NCBI GenBank assembly: GCA_013265495.1 | Contig: MU057711.1 | Coordinates: forward strand, 1,736,001-1,800,000 | Reading direction: 5' to 3' | DNA: 64,000 bases | DNA from: Vicugna vicugna | Taxonomy: Eukaryota | In this document: in pieces, positions 24,649-37,510 of the stretch | Position numbering within the stretch: position 1 is the first letter of the stretch | How the letters are laid out: each line of letters starts with the position of its first letter | Program-made: the position numbers and the translations under genes | Notes under the pieces: generated by a model | Told to the model about the DNA's origin: nothing | Seen by the model: only the letters and a program-made list of their open reading frames with translations | Database searches by the model: none

Positions 24649-25001
24649 CAGACGTCCCTCAGAACCCCCAGGGTATTGGTTCCAGGACCCCCACGGATAC
24701 CGAAATCCTCAGATGCTCAAGTCCCTTATAAAAAAATGGCCTAGGATTTGCATATCACCACTGTCCATCCTCCTGTAAACTGTGAGTCATCTCCAGATCA
24801 GGGATGTATAATGTAAATGTAATGTAAATGCTCTGTGAATAGTTGTGCGTACAATGTAGACACTATGTAAATAGTTGCTGGGGCCCAACACATTCAAGTT
24901 TTGCTTTTTGGAGCTTTCTGGAATTTTTTTTCCAAATCATTTTCCATCCCCAGTTGGTTGAATCCATGGATGTGGAACCCACGGATATGCAGGGCCACCT
25001 A
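24649..25001 (+). mobile_element. MER2/MER2B TcMar-Tigger MITE, near full length
   Basis: TA|cagacgtccctc...gagggcc-type termini with flanking TA (24647-48, 25002-03), and internal ttggttccaggacccccacggatacc...gatgctcaagtcccttata. Confidence 0.9.
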
Positions 25002-26879
25002 TATTTTCTAGTTTTCCTGCAATGAGCACGGACAGCTTTTGTAATAAATAGAATAAAAGCTTTTTTAAGTACACAAAGGTTTTCATACACTGAGTAACGA
25101 TTAGGACAACGGCAGCAATGACTGTCCCCTCTCTGGCTCTGGTGTCCCCATTTGTGAGGCGAGGTGATTAGACCAGGGATTTCCCTGGCCCCACTCAGGC
25201 CCTGCTCTGGGGTTCTCATCAGAGACTCTGGGCGGCAGCCCCACGCTTCATTTCAGGCAGCTTCTCACTGCCTGCTGGTCCCCGCTCCCCGGTCCCCACC
25301 TCCATGAGGGCAAATCAGTCCCTCTCACCTAGACCTGATTCCATCACCTGTCAGGTGGGATGGAGAGGCCACTTTCCAAGTCTGGGTTCTGCCATTGTGT
25401 GTCCTGGTGAATTTCCCTCTGTGCACCCAGTCTCCCCATCTGTAAAACGGGGATGAAGTGGCAGAGGCCTTTGTAGAGCTCGGAGTGAACCGGCTAGGCT
25501 CTCACAAGCACCAGTGCTTTCCTGCGGCTGTGAAGCGGCTTTGGAAAGGTGTGCGCGACCACCCATTCCCACGCTGGGGGAGCTGGTGGGATCCACTGCA
25601 GGCTCAGGCCTCAGGGCCAAGGGGAGGTCCACCTGATCGGCCCCACGACCACAAAACCAGAGGCTGGGAGGTGTGTGGAGACAGGAGGTGAGGTTCCAAG
25701 TGAGCGAGAGATGCCGGAGGCTCACGACCCTTCCCGAGGAGGCTGGTGTGTGGCGACCCCTACAAGCACTCAGAAATTCTTAGCAATGGCTGCCTCGGCC
25801 TGGGTCCAGGCTGGGCCCGGCCCACAGGGGAGGCGGCAGCTCCCGGGGCCTGTCAGGCCAGATGCAGCCTGCCCAGCTCTGCATCCTCCGTGAGATTGAA
25901 GATGACAGGCTCTGTGGGCCGGGAGGAGCTGGGTCAGAGGAAACTTGGCAGGAGAAGGGTCGGAGGAGCAGCTGGGCTCACAGGGCCTCGTGGCCCCGCC
26001 CTCCGGAGGGCCCAGCGGGGGCCCCTCCCCTCCACCCTCAAGTCTTCAAGGGAACTCTCAATGCTCCTCGTCCCAGGCTGGGGTCCCACTGCTGCCCCTT
26101 CCCATCCCGCCAGCTTCCAGAGGCAGTAGAAAGTGATCCAAAGATCCAGTATTTGTATTTTGAATGCTAATTTGACATAGAGGAGTGGGCATGGGGGAGT
26201 GTTTATAATCAGCACTCCAATAAGCCCACAAATGACGCCAGTATTTTATAAGCTTGTTAGAAACAAATCACCCCTCAGCTGATATTTACTTACTGATGAA
26301 TCATAAAAGGGCTCAATTCACAAAGAGTAAATCCAAAAAGAATGTCTTCCTTCAGTGTCATCTTCGACAACAATGCTGGAAGGTGGGCCTGGCCCAGCCT
26401 GAGGCAGCTCTCCCCCCGCCCCGGGAGTGTTCCCAGCCCCCCCACCCCTGGCAGCCTCCTGGCAGGGTGGCAAATCATTGGCACCAGCCCGGTCTCCGTG
26501 CCCACCCCCCAGCCCGGTCCCCCCACCCATCGACTGGCCTAATCTGAGGCTCCATCCAGCGCTCTGGAGACAGCTCTGTCCTTCTGCCGCCCCCCGGAGT
26601 CCTCTGCGGGAGCAGATCCAATCCAGCTAATTTGCATAATGATGAAGCCCTCCAGTGCGGGCTGGGTCTTCAGAGGGTTGGGAAGAAATATGCCCTGTCC
26701 TTTGGAGAGGCACACAGAAGGCTCAGCGCAGCCCGGGAGGAATGGGCGCCCGGCGGGTGGGCAGAGGCGGCGAGGAACCGGCAGCTCGCCCGCCAAGGAT
26801 GGCTCAGCTCGGTTGCCCGCTGAGTCTGTGTCCAGCTGGCCCAGCAGAGAAAGGACTGCCCAGGGCTGTAAACCAGCGG

Positions 26880-27070
26880 GAAGTGTGGTTCAGAGTGCCA
26901 GCTCCAGATTCAGGCCGGACAGACCCGGGTCATAGTGACCGCCACTCACCGGCTGGCCGACCTTGGGCAAATCACTGACCTCTCTGAATCTCAGTAGGAC
27001 CAGACGGGGCAGCCCCGTAAAGCACTGATTAGAACAGGCTGGGAGAATCCAACTTCTGTCAGCCGTTATT
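26880..27070 (+). mobile_element. MIR SINE
   Basis: gaccttgggcaaatcactgacctctctgaatctcagt. Confidence 0.75.
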
Positions 27071-28039
27071 ATATTAATATCATCATTATTCTCATCCCTG
27101 CACTATTTGATCCATCCATCCATTTGTTTCGTCAACCAATGCCAGGGATTGTGCTGGGCGGTCCAGGGGACACAGGGACACATATCCCGCCTTTGAATTG
27201 CCTCCAGTGACAAAGCACTCTAAAGGTCCAGAGGCGCGGGCAGCAGCTGGCTCTTGAGGGGAGGCAGTGCTGGAGGCGGGGCACGCAGGAGCTACAGCAG
27301 GGCGGTTAGGATCGACTTCTTGGTCTGGTTGTGTAAAGTTTCTGGAAATTCCCCAAGATGCACATCTACAATTCGCGCATTTTTCTGGATGTACATTATA
27401 CTTCGATAGTTTTTTTTAAATGTCTGGTCTCCTCAAGGAGGGAGATCAGCCAGGTGTGCACATCACACCAGGCAGGAAAGGTCAGTTTCTTAAGAGGGAT
27501 AGATAAAATACTTGGGATGAGAGTTGGGGCAACGCGACAAGGGAAGAAATTCCTTCTACAGGAGGTGAGGATCACTTTAGCAGGTGTCTGACGCACAGTG
27601 GGTGCTCGAATAGATACCTGCTGAATGAGAGAGTGAATGAGTGAATGGCTTCCTTCCTGGAAGACAAAGCCTTGGAGGAACCCGTGCTGACATGCAGAAG
27701 CAGGGAGGGCGTTCCTGGGGAAGGCAGAGGCTCTGCAGGAGGCTTGCTCCAGTGGACAAATGCTCACGGGGCCAGGTGCCACCTGCAGCATGATCCGGGG
27801 AGTGAGGGCATCTGCCTTTGCTGGGCTCGGTCTAGGGGGAGCCAGACATCCCAGAAGCAATTCCTGGGAGATCAGATCTCTCTTCCATTCTGCAGAAATT
27901 GAGCATCCAAGTGCAGACTACAGGCTAGATGCTGGTGACACAGGATGACAGGGCCCTGGACCTCACAGGCTCACTGCCTCCTGGAAGTAAGCACTTTTTG
28001 AAAAATTCAGTGTAAATAACGTATCAAACCTGAAACTAA

Positions 28040-28220
28040 GGCAGCTTCACATAGAATTAGTCACTGATCATCACAGTGATGCTATGAGGCTGGGGTTATT
28101 TTTATTCCCATTTTACAGATGAGGAAATTGACACTGAATAAAGTTAAGTAACTCGCACAAGGTCATGGGGCTTCCCGAGAGGCTGACCCAGGACAGGAAC
28201 ACAGCTCTACTCTCTGTACT
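28040..28220 (-). mobile_element. MIR SINE
   Basis: attcccattttacagatgaggaaattgac...gttaagtaactcgcacaaggtca. Confidence 0.88.
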
Positions 28221-30049
28221 ATTTCTGGGTGTTGGTTGAGGAGCCAAAACACCCTTCCCCTTGGCCTCTACAGAACACCTTTATACTTATGCCTGATGCT
28301 GTTGGACAGGTCAGAGGAAACTATTCAGAAGACCAGGGGCCTCTGGACGAGGGCATGGCCAGCACCCTGGGGCATACTGTGTGCAAGTTTGGGCGCCGGC
28401 CCCCTCAAGACCACCTCATCTGATCAACCCAGCTCAGGGCCTGGGAACGACGTGGGCGTCACTCCCAGCTCTGCCCACCATGCGCCAGCCAGGGTGACCG
28501 CCTCCCCTCTCCACTCACTCACTGCCTCTGGCCCCGTGAAAAGGGCCAGCACAGCTGGAGCAGTAGCTCAGGCTGAAACGATTCTCCAAAGCCGCCTGTG
28601 AGCAGACATGGCTGCTTTAAATGGCAATTTTGCAGTTTGGGGTGCAAAATGATTTTCTATGGCACACGGGGAATGGGCAGAATGGATTTGCCTGTGCTGA
28701 GCTGCCGTCCTGCAGCCCAAGCGAACCTGCACAGACGCTGCCAAGACTGGGCTCGCCGAGCCTCTGCTGCTGCAGCTCTGAGATGGGACAAGAGGGCTAA
28801 TAATTATTAACATTTACTAAGTGCTGACTATGTGCCAGGCATGACGCTGAACACTTTCCATCTGGGATAAGTACATAAAATCTCTACGAGGAGGTAACAG
28901 TAAGTGACGGAGCCCAGGCATTCCAGCCCCAGAGCTGTGCTCTTAACCCCCAGGCTGCACTAACATCCTGACCATTATTAAGTATTGCCATTGGTAGTGG
29001 AGGGATAAAGGCAATTTAATTCAATACTTAATTTCTGCTATGGTCAAAGCATAGGGCGGGGTGTTGGGAATACAAGCATGAATAAGAACTAAACTATCTG
29101 CAAGAAGTTTTAAATTATTAAACCCACCAATGCAGGATGTCTTCTCATTAAGATTATTTTTAATGATGAAGCACTCTGCTCAGCACATAGTAAGTGCACA
29201 GAAAATGTCTTATAAGAAAAAAAAAGTTAACTTTTTTAAGGCGAATCATGCTTCCTTCCCTACTGGCTATTCTCCATTCTGTTTCAAACCAACCCCCCAA
29301 CATTGACTTGTAAACAGTAACTCTTTAATAAAGAAACCACCAGAAGCATGTCCTTGGATAAGTTGCTTTCCCTCTCTGAGCTCAGAGTTGTTTGTGAAAG
29401 GAGGAGGGAGGACTCACAAGGTTGCTCGAGGTCCAGAGTACCAGGATGCTAAGGGTCAGGCCCCACCCTAACTGTAGAAGACTTTATCAGGTAGTCAGAG
29501 GGTATAACGGAACGAGCATGTGAGAATTTCATTAGAAAGTTCAAGATTCAAACTCGAGGGCAAGACACCAGAAAGAGACACTCATTGTGAACACACAATA
29601 GCAGCTGAAGAAATGTGACATTGGAAACTGGAGATACCATTAGGAGGCACAGAATTAAATGCCAAAGCTGACAGGGTGAGGGCAAAAAGCTGAATTTTAA
29701 TGCTTTTAGAATAGTCCTTGCAGTCCCCGTCAATCCCTATTGTTTTATACTCCATAGCTTCACCCTTATCTGCCTGATCCACAAAGGAAATCAAGTTTGT
29801 GATCCCAGTTAGAGAATTCATTCTTCAAAAGCAAAGCCAGAGGGAAGAAGGAGCATGTCTATTACTGGGAGGCATGAATGCCCGATGCCTATAAGCTGTG
29901 TGACCTTAGGAAATCCACTAAGGGTCTCTGAGCCTCAGTTTCCTTACTGCCAACGGTGGGCACACATTTGTATCTCTTTGATGTTATTTCCAGGAAAAAA
30001 AAAATCAGCCAACTTTCTGGCACTTCCAGCATCCTAAAGAAAATCATGA

Positions 30050-30410
30050 AGTTTAGGACAGGATAAGAAACATGTGGTAACAAACAATCCCCAAATCACA
30101 AGGTCTGCAAATAACAAAGGTTCAGTTCTTGTTTGCTCTTCATGTTCACTGCAGGGGGCTCTGCTCATGGAAATCACTCAGGCACCTCCAGGCAGGGAGC
30201 ACCTTCACCTGTGACAATGACAGTCCCATGCCCCAGGGAAAGAGGAAACTCTGGAGGGTCTCACCCTGGCGGGGTAAGGCTCCAGCCTAGGAGTGATGCC
30301 GGCCACCTCCACTCAGCTCTCTGGGAAGAATCAGCCACTAGGCCTCACCCAAGACAAAGGGGCCAGGCCATGTAACCCTACCGCCTACCAAAGGACAACT
30401 AATGACTGCC
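30050..30410 (-). mobile_element. MLT1 (MaLR) LTR remnant
   Basis: tgtggtaacaaacaatccccaaatc...aacaaaggttcagttcttg is the antisense MLT1 3' end. Confidence 0.7.
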
Positions 30411-32499
30411 ACATACACAAGCAGAGCCATGGTGCCTAGCAGAGAACTCCAAGGAACTCAAGGCAAGAGTCAGGAAGGGAAAAAAGAAAATGCAACCTGG
30501 AAACTCACAGTGGTGACAAAGGCTCTCAGAGAACGTTCCAACTTGCCCAGGCCCAGGGTTTGGAGGAGCACAACGCATGTGCCAGGCTCTCTGGCCCCCT
30601 GGGTCAGCCCCAGAGTGGTGGGTGGGCCCAGGTAGAGGATCTCCAGTCCCCATGCCCTCTCCTGAAGGCAGAGGGTGAGTGCTCCTCCCGGCCACCAGCT
30701 CTCCAAAGAGCATCCCAGGTAAATGCCAGGTGCTGTCCTGGGGCTTTCCTCAAAAGTCGCTCTTGACGATAATGGCTTTCGGAGGCGATGCGACTGCACG
30801 CCTGGCATCTGAACGTCGTCGGAGGCAGGTGTTGCATCTCTAATTAGGATGGGGATTTTTTTTCACCCCACACAGAATTTACATAATTGGGAAGGAGGTT
30901 ACAACGAGGATCCTCCCCACCGATTGTGTGTTTTCCGGACCCTCTTTCCACTTTCCCTTGCACACTTCAAATTTAAGGGAGAAATGAATCGATTTGAATT
31001 TTTTGAAATTAATTATCATCATTGCCATGGAAAACGTACCCTCTGCCTTCCTTCGGGAGTTGAGAGAGGAGGGGGCTGATCTCACGTGGAGAGGAGCCCT
31101 GGGAGGTGACACACGTCCCCGGATGGACTCTTAAGGAGAAACCCCACCTCTCCCGACCTCCCCAGCTGGTTTTCAGAGCACCTCCCAGTTCGGTCTGAGC
31201 ATCCTTCGGAATTTTTTTTAGCACCAAAATTAATGCTTTAAAATGTCACTTGCTACAGTAAAATTTATCAACATTATTATATACCATAGAAACTGCCATC
31301 CCAGACAAATGCACGACATTAAAATTTGGTCTAGAGCTCCCCAGAGGAAACGTTTGCGGCAATTTGTATAACAGTTTATATATTTATGCTATTTAATGGT
31401 ACAAAGCAATAATTATGACTTCATTCACTGATAAGCAACGGCATTACATAAATCTGATGCGGATTTAGAACATGCCAGCTCTGACACCAATGTACTAGTT
31501 GTAAATTATGTTGCCGTTAAAAAAAAAAATCCAAGCAAATATGAAGGAGCAGCGGGAAGCTAATAATGCATCTCCAGCTGTTCCAGTTAACCTGCAAATG
31601 TGGCCATCTGCACCTCGGGAGGAAGAGAAGGGGAGAGAGACGGGGAGGCGGAGCAGGGAGAAGGCAGAGAGGGAAGAGCTGCCTTCTGGAAGCACACATC
31701 CTGCCCCTGACTTTGGGCCAATGACCTTGCTCCTCACGCAAACTGAGCCGGAATCAGGCAAAGTTCCCCAAGACTGGAGGATCCTCTGGCGCCCACGCGC
31801 AGCCCCACACTCCCGCCCCCTCGCCACAAACGTCTCTGATGTCATCTTTCCTTTCCCTGCCCTTGCAGGAGGCTGAACTTGCCCCTCTGAGCCCTATTTA
31901 CCGCACCGCCAGCCTCACCAGCTTCTTTTACAACTTTTTCATTTCTTTTCTTTCCCTTTTTTTTTTTGGATCTTTAACACTTCTGCACAGACCTGTCTTG
32001 CATTGTTAAGAATAGGTGGGGCAGGGTGGTGGTGGCAGGAAAAAAGCAGTTATCGTCATAGAGGACAGTGTGCCCACATCACATGGACCCGAACGAAACC
32101 ACAGGCACAAGGACTGGAATTAGCAGACGAGATGGGGATGCCGAGGCTGCGGGTCACAGATCTGGGCAGTGAATGCCCGCCAGGCTTCCGCAGCCCACTG
32201 GCTCCCAGCGCAGCCCAGGGAGTGGCACAGAGCAGCAGGGATGTCCCTGCCCAGGGCCCGCCCCGGCCTCCACCCAGACGGCAGACGGCTCCCCCAGGCA
32301 GGTGCCGGGCTCTGCTCAGGGGCGGGGAGTCCCCGTCAACTGAGCATCACTGCAGCGCCCTGGGACTGTCCCTGGGCTCTGCTGGAGAATGAGGCACTGC
32401 AGACTATGATGGCTCTCCCCTCCTCCCCTTCAGAGACCTCCTCTCTGTCTCAGGGTGTCAGTACCGCCACAGCACAGAGCTGGCACGGAGCATGGAGCG

Positions 32500-32650
32500 T
32501 GTGCTCATGGACCGAGCACTTTACAGAACCCCCTCATTAATCCTCCTAACCGTTGTGCTGGGTACAGAATTAGTCCCCTTTAACAGATAAGGAAACGGAG
32601 TCATGGAGAGATTACATAACCTGCCCAAGATCAGCTTAGCTAGTGAACTA
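32500..32650 (-). mobile_element. MIR SINE
   Basis: acagataaggaaacggagtcatggagagattacataacctgcccaagatc. Confidence 0.8.
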
Positions 32651-34149
32651 CCCTTATCAACCATGAGGCTTAGAAGAATATTTATAGCTCATCTAACCTG
32701 TGTTTCAAAATTTTAAATTGCAGCCTACAGCAAGAACTATACACACCATGACCTAATCACCCACTGACACATACACATAAACCCCCCCACAATGAACGAA
32801 AATACACTTCAGCTCACTGAGCAGGTTGTTCTCCAGCATTTTCCCTCCTTTCACTTTTCCCTTCCCTTCCTTTCCATTCTCTTCCATTGGGTCCCTACCT
32901 GTAGTTGGGCACAGAAGAGGGCACTGTGTGCGTACAAAGTGAAGTGACAAGAATGAAGCAGGGAGAAGACAGGGCCCTGGAGAGGGGCTCCTGATTCACT
33001 CAGTCAACACTCTGGGATGGGGCGGACCCAAGGAGTCTACCTTTAAGGGTAACAACCCACTGCCCACTCAGCCAGCAGGGAAGAGTCAGGTGACAATCCA
33101 CCGAGAGGGCTGGCACCCCACCTGGCATACTGGTGCCTCCCTGGGCTAGTGCTCCACCTGCTGCCTCCTACAGGAAGTCTCCATGGCTGGGTACATGGGG
33201 AGCCGGCTGGACCGCTGTAGACAGGGAGAGAGGCGGGAGCTTGCAGGGCCATGGGCAGAGCAGGATAACCTTTCCAAGGCCTGGACTCTCCTTGACATCA
33301 TTACGTCCCAAACAGAACGGCAATCCTCGTCCCATGTCCAGGTGGGTTCCACAAGGGAAGCCCTCAGGCTGGGACAATGGGCAAGAGGCAGGGTTCCGTA
33401 CTCCTTTCTGCTCACAACCTCCCCTCATTTTGGTAAAACAGTTTCGCAACTAAGAAAACAACATTTTGGGCTGCTCCACTTTTCACAGATTTTCAGCAAT
33501 CCCAGGTCAAATGTCCAGCCATCAGCTTTCCCACCCCAACGTCCCTAAAGCGCCCCCTTCCTTCAACTCCAGCAGCATCCTTCCCCACGGCCAGCTGCGG
33601 GACATCGGTTCCTACCAGCCTCTCAGAACCCAGCTCCATCCATCCCCCGCACATCAGCATATTCACAAGACACACTCTAAGTATCATGGACACGGTCTTT
33701 TTAGTTTTATGGTCTAAGCAGCATCAATTCCAAGAACTAGAAAAACAATCCCTCAGTGGGAACCTATTCCGTGACTCGCCCGGAAGGTCCTCGAGGCCAA
33801 GCCAGTAGCTCTGTCTTCTTAGCAGCATGAGGACAAAGGACAGCCGGGCCTGAGGGGTGGGGTCAGGCCTGTACGCACTTCAAAACACACAGGTGCGTTG
33901 AATTTGGAATCCAGACAGTGGAATCAGTTAGGAAAAGCCAACCACGTCTCCACTGGAAGGGCGAGGGGACCCTCGGTAGCACGGGGAGCTCGGCTGGGTG
34001 GGGGGCTTGAAGCCAAGGCGCAGGGAGGGAAGAGGAGGGCGGAATCCTGCTTCTGGGACACCTGTAAGGAAGGTGCTGGGAAGGTGGATGGACGAGGTGG
34101 CCTCCAGCTCCGGCTGGGACACGATGCGCGGCCAGTTCCATCCACATCC

Positions 34150-34420
34150 CCACCCACAGCTGTGGATCTCCTTTGGGGGTCACATTATGTGGGGTTTTTT
34201 TGGTATTTAGTTGCCAATATTAAAAAAAAGTAATAAATTTTACACTAAAATCTGGATTTTAGGTTTCTCTTGAAAACTCAGAATACCTGGGCTCCCCAAG
34301 ATACAAACTGCCTGGACCACAGTGGAAGGGCCTGGGCTCTCTGCCCGGACACAGTAGCCCCCACTGTCTCACACACAGGCTGGTTCACTTGCTTTTGTCA
34401 GTGCCTGGTGACACTTGATC
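34150..34420. mobile_element. MER102-like hAT-Charlie remnant
   Basis: gccaatattaaaaa...taaaatctggattttaggtttctcttgaaaa resembles the recalled MER102 consensus. Confidence 0.55.
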
Positions 34421-35314
34421 TACCAGGCAAAAGGAGGACAAAGGAGACTGGGTTCCAGCCCTCCCCACCCCCAACTAACTCACTGTGTGACCTTGGGCAA
34501 GTCCCGCCCCTCTCGGCCTCAGAGAAAGCTGAGCAATGAAGGGGGAGGAATCAACCACTCTTGCCCTCGGTAACCCCCTGACACAACCTCAGGCCCCTTC
34601 AAATGGGGTGAGCCAGGTATGGTCCCCGTGAGAAGACAGGCGGGGGAAAGGGAGGTGCCGGGCGGCCCCCGCAGCCAGCCCCGCCGTGCCTGGCGCCGTC
34701 CCTGAGTCCCTGAGGCTGTGCTGACGCCACTCCTCGGCAGCCTGATATGAATATTGTGTCAGAGATTGGAGATATTAAGAATGACAATGCATTATTACTG
34801 CAGCAGGGAAATCTCCCGAGTCCTACAGATAGGATTTCGAAATCCTCAGCCAAAAATCAATAGTAATGCCCAGGAATTTATAAAAGCAGCACGTCAGTCT
34901 GCATTTGAGAAGACACACTTTCGGTTTCTGGCTAAACCAAAGGGACAAGAGCAAGTGTGTCATTCTGGAAGGGCAGGGAGCAAAAGCCGCACGCGGCGGC
35001 CCAGCCGAAGGAAGGCGCCTGGCAGGCTCTCATGCGGGGCCAGGCCAAGATGCCACCAGGCAGACAGAAACCAGCGGTGCCCCCAGGCGCTCCCTGCGAC
35101 CCCTCCCGGAGGGGACAAGGATGCAGGAGAGACCCACTTCCCCGACACTCCTGGACCCGCTCAGTCCTGGAAACCAGAGTTCACGGAGGAAGCAAGAACA
35201 GACAGGAGGCGTGGCGCACGGGAGACCAGGGCTATTCCTAGCTGTAAAATGGGCATAAAATAGTGGCCCCACCTTCCTCCTGGGATTCTTATGAGGATCA
35301 AAAATTAATTTTAA

Positions 35315-35531
35315 CAGGGAACTCTATTCAGTATCTTGTAGTAACCTATAATGAAAAAGAATATGAAAAGGAACGTATGTACGTATATGTATGACTGAAA
35401 CACGATGCTGTACACCAGACACTGACACAACATTGTAAACTTGGGTAAAATTCAATCAATCAATCAAATGGAACTAGAAAATTAAAAACAAACAAAATCA
35501 CTAAAATTTATCTAGTTCCTACAAGATTTAA
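35315..35531 (+). mobile_element. Young 5'-truncated cetartiodactyl/camelid-type L1 3' end with perfect 15-bp TSD
   Basis: cagggaactctattcagtatcttgtagtaacctataatgaaaaagaatatg...gctgtacaccag...acaacattgtaa. AAAAATTAATTTTAA occurs at 35300-35314 and 35532-35546. Confidence 0.9.
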
Positions 35532-37074
35532 AAAAATTAATTTTAAAAAATCAAACGTGCTTTAGGAAGTATTAAGACCCAAGAGGAAGGGAATTAGCTC
35601 TGAAGGCAGAAGCAGCCAGGTTCAAATCCCGGCTCTGCCCTGGACGAGGAACGTGACAACACTCACCTTACCAGGATGTTACGAGGGTTAGAGAGGCATC
35701 AGGCACATTGCTGAGTCTCAACACCGTTTCAATATTACGATCATTGTTAAAAATATAAACAAATATCAGGTATTACAGCTTTATCCTCTTAGATGTATTT
35801 CTTTTTTTTTCATTGAAGTATAGTCAGACTGACTGACTGACTCCACGTTCTCAGCACATGGACAGACAAGGAGTCTGAAGACATGCCCAAGTGCTTCCCC
35901 CTTTCCCCAGTCCCAGAACCCCCTGGTGAGGGAGCCCAGCACAGCAGAACGTAAGCTCCGCTCCCACACTCCTGTCAGATCTGGGGGGCAGAAGCCACGC
36001 CTCCTTCACCCTCCACAGCCTCCTTTGATGGCCATGCCTGAGCCAGAGCCCCCCAAATTCCAGTTACGTCCCAAACCAGTTGGCTGAACACCCATTCCCT
36101 GCCTCATCCTGTCTAAACCAACCATCAGAATTTGAAAGGTGTGCTCTAAGTGCCAAGAATCAACAAGGCAGCTGCTGGTGCGCCGAGGGCCAACCGTTCA
36201 GAAGATACTGAAAATCGAGTGGGCTTTTCCACTTGCTTCAGAGATTATCGTTACATTAGCAGAATCCTACAGCATCACTTGGGGCGTTATCAACGACTAT
36301 TCTTCTGCTTGGCTGTAAGCTCTGTGAGGGCAGGGGCTCTGATTTTGCTGGACTGTTTTTAGTTGGCTGCTCTGACGCCCAGAAGGCATGGTGTGATTCT
36401 TATAGAAAATTCGCAAAGTACAAGCACAGATAAAGATCACCCTCCATTCTACCTCTCACAGAAACCCACCGTCAAGATGTTTCCCTCGGAGATAAACCTT
36501 AGGTGAAGTTACCTGTGATCTTATGGACAAAACCACCTGGCACAGCGCCTGGTGTTCAGCTGGCGATCAACATGTGTACGCTGAAGAAATATGTCAGAGA
36601 ACAGTCATAGACTGAATGGATTAGAGTGTAAGCAGCGCTGAGTCCACACCGTCCTAACAGCATCTTCAAATTCAGGGCTTTGTCAAGATGGTAACTAGGA
36701 TCTTAGATACCCCACCAAGGGGTTTCACTTTCTTTGGTGTTTTGCATGTTTATTTACAATTAATTGTTTTATAAAATTGTAAGAGATCTCATGGACACAA
36801 GGCAACCATGCCTACATTAAAAACATGGCAGGGGCAGGCATATGAAACAGGAATATTCCCCCCAAAACAGCAATAAAAGCAAAATATGCCGGCCATTTTG
36901 GGATAGTCCTTAACATCCATATCTTGGTCCCTCCTGCTGGAATCCCAGCCCTTGCTTGAGACAGAAGCCCCTGGTTTCTGGGAGGAACCTCTCCAGCCTG
37001 TGCCTGGAGCTCTGAGGAGTTCAGTCTAGGCTGCAGGACAGTCTGGTACACAGGCGTCACTCAGTAAACAAAAG

Positions 37075-37315
37075 CGACATTTACTGAACCCTGACTATAT
37101 GCTAAGCACGTTGCATGTATTATCTCATTTAATTTCTGCAACATGCTTTTGACTGTCATCTGCTACTTTCCCCCATTTTACAGGTGGAAAGGGTTAACTC
37201 ACAGGTTGAGTAGTTTGCCCAAAGACAGAACGCTGATTAAGTGATGGAGGTAGGATTTGAATTCGAGAGATCTGATCGAAGAACCCCAGCTTTTAATGCC
37301 TACACCATAATGCCT
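37075..37315 (-). mobile_element. MIR SINE, near full length
   Basis: catttactgaac...ctatatgctaagcac...tctcatttaat...cccattttacagg...tttgcccaaag...ggatttgaa. Confidence 0.85.
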
Positions 37316-37329
37316 CATGGATTATAAAT

Positions 37330-37510
37330 AGATCTGTGAATGGATAGATGGTGGATGGACAGATGAAATGTTCACATGGGTAGTAGACAGACAGACAGAC
37401 AGACATACAAGTGGATGGTAGACGGATGGGTGAATGAGTAGGTGGATGGGTAAGTAAACAGATGGGGAGATAGATGGTGGGTAGATGGATGGTTGAATGG
37501 ATGGACGCGG
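37330..37510. repeat. Degenerate (GGAT)n/(GACA)n microsatellite
   Basis: tggatagatggtggatggacagatg...gacagacagacagac. Confidence 0.85.

Noticed and set aside
31021..31035. Second X-box-like ATTGCCATGGAAAAC
   Set aside because: Both outer consensus positions mismatch, too weak to call.
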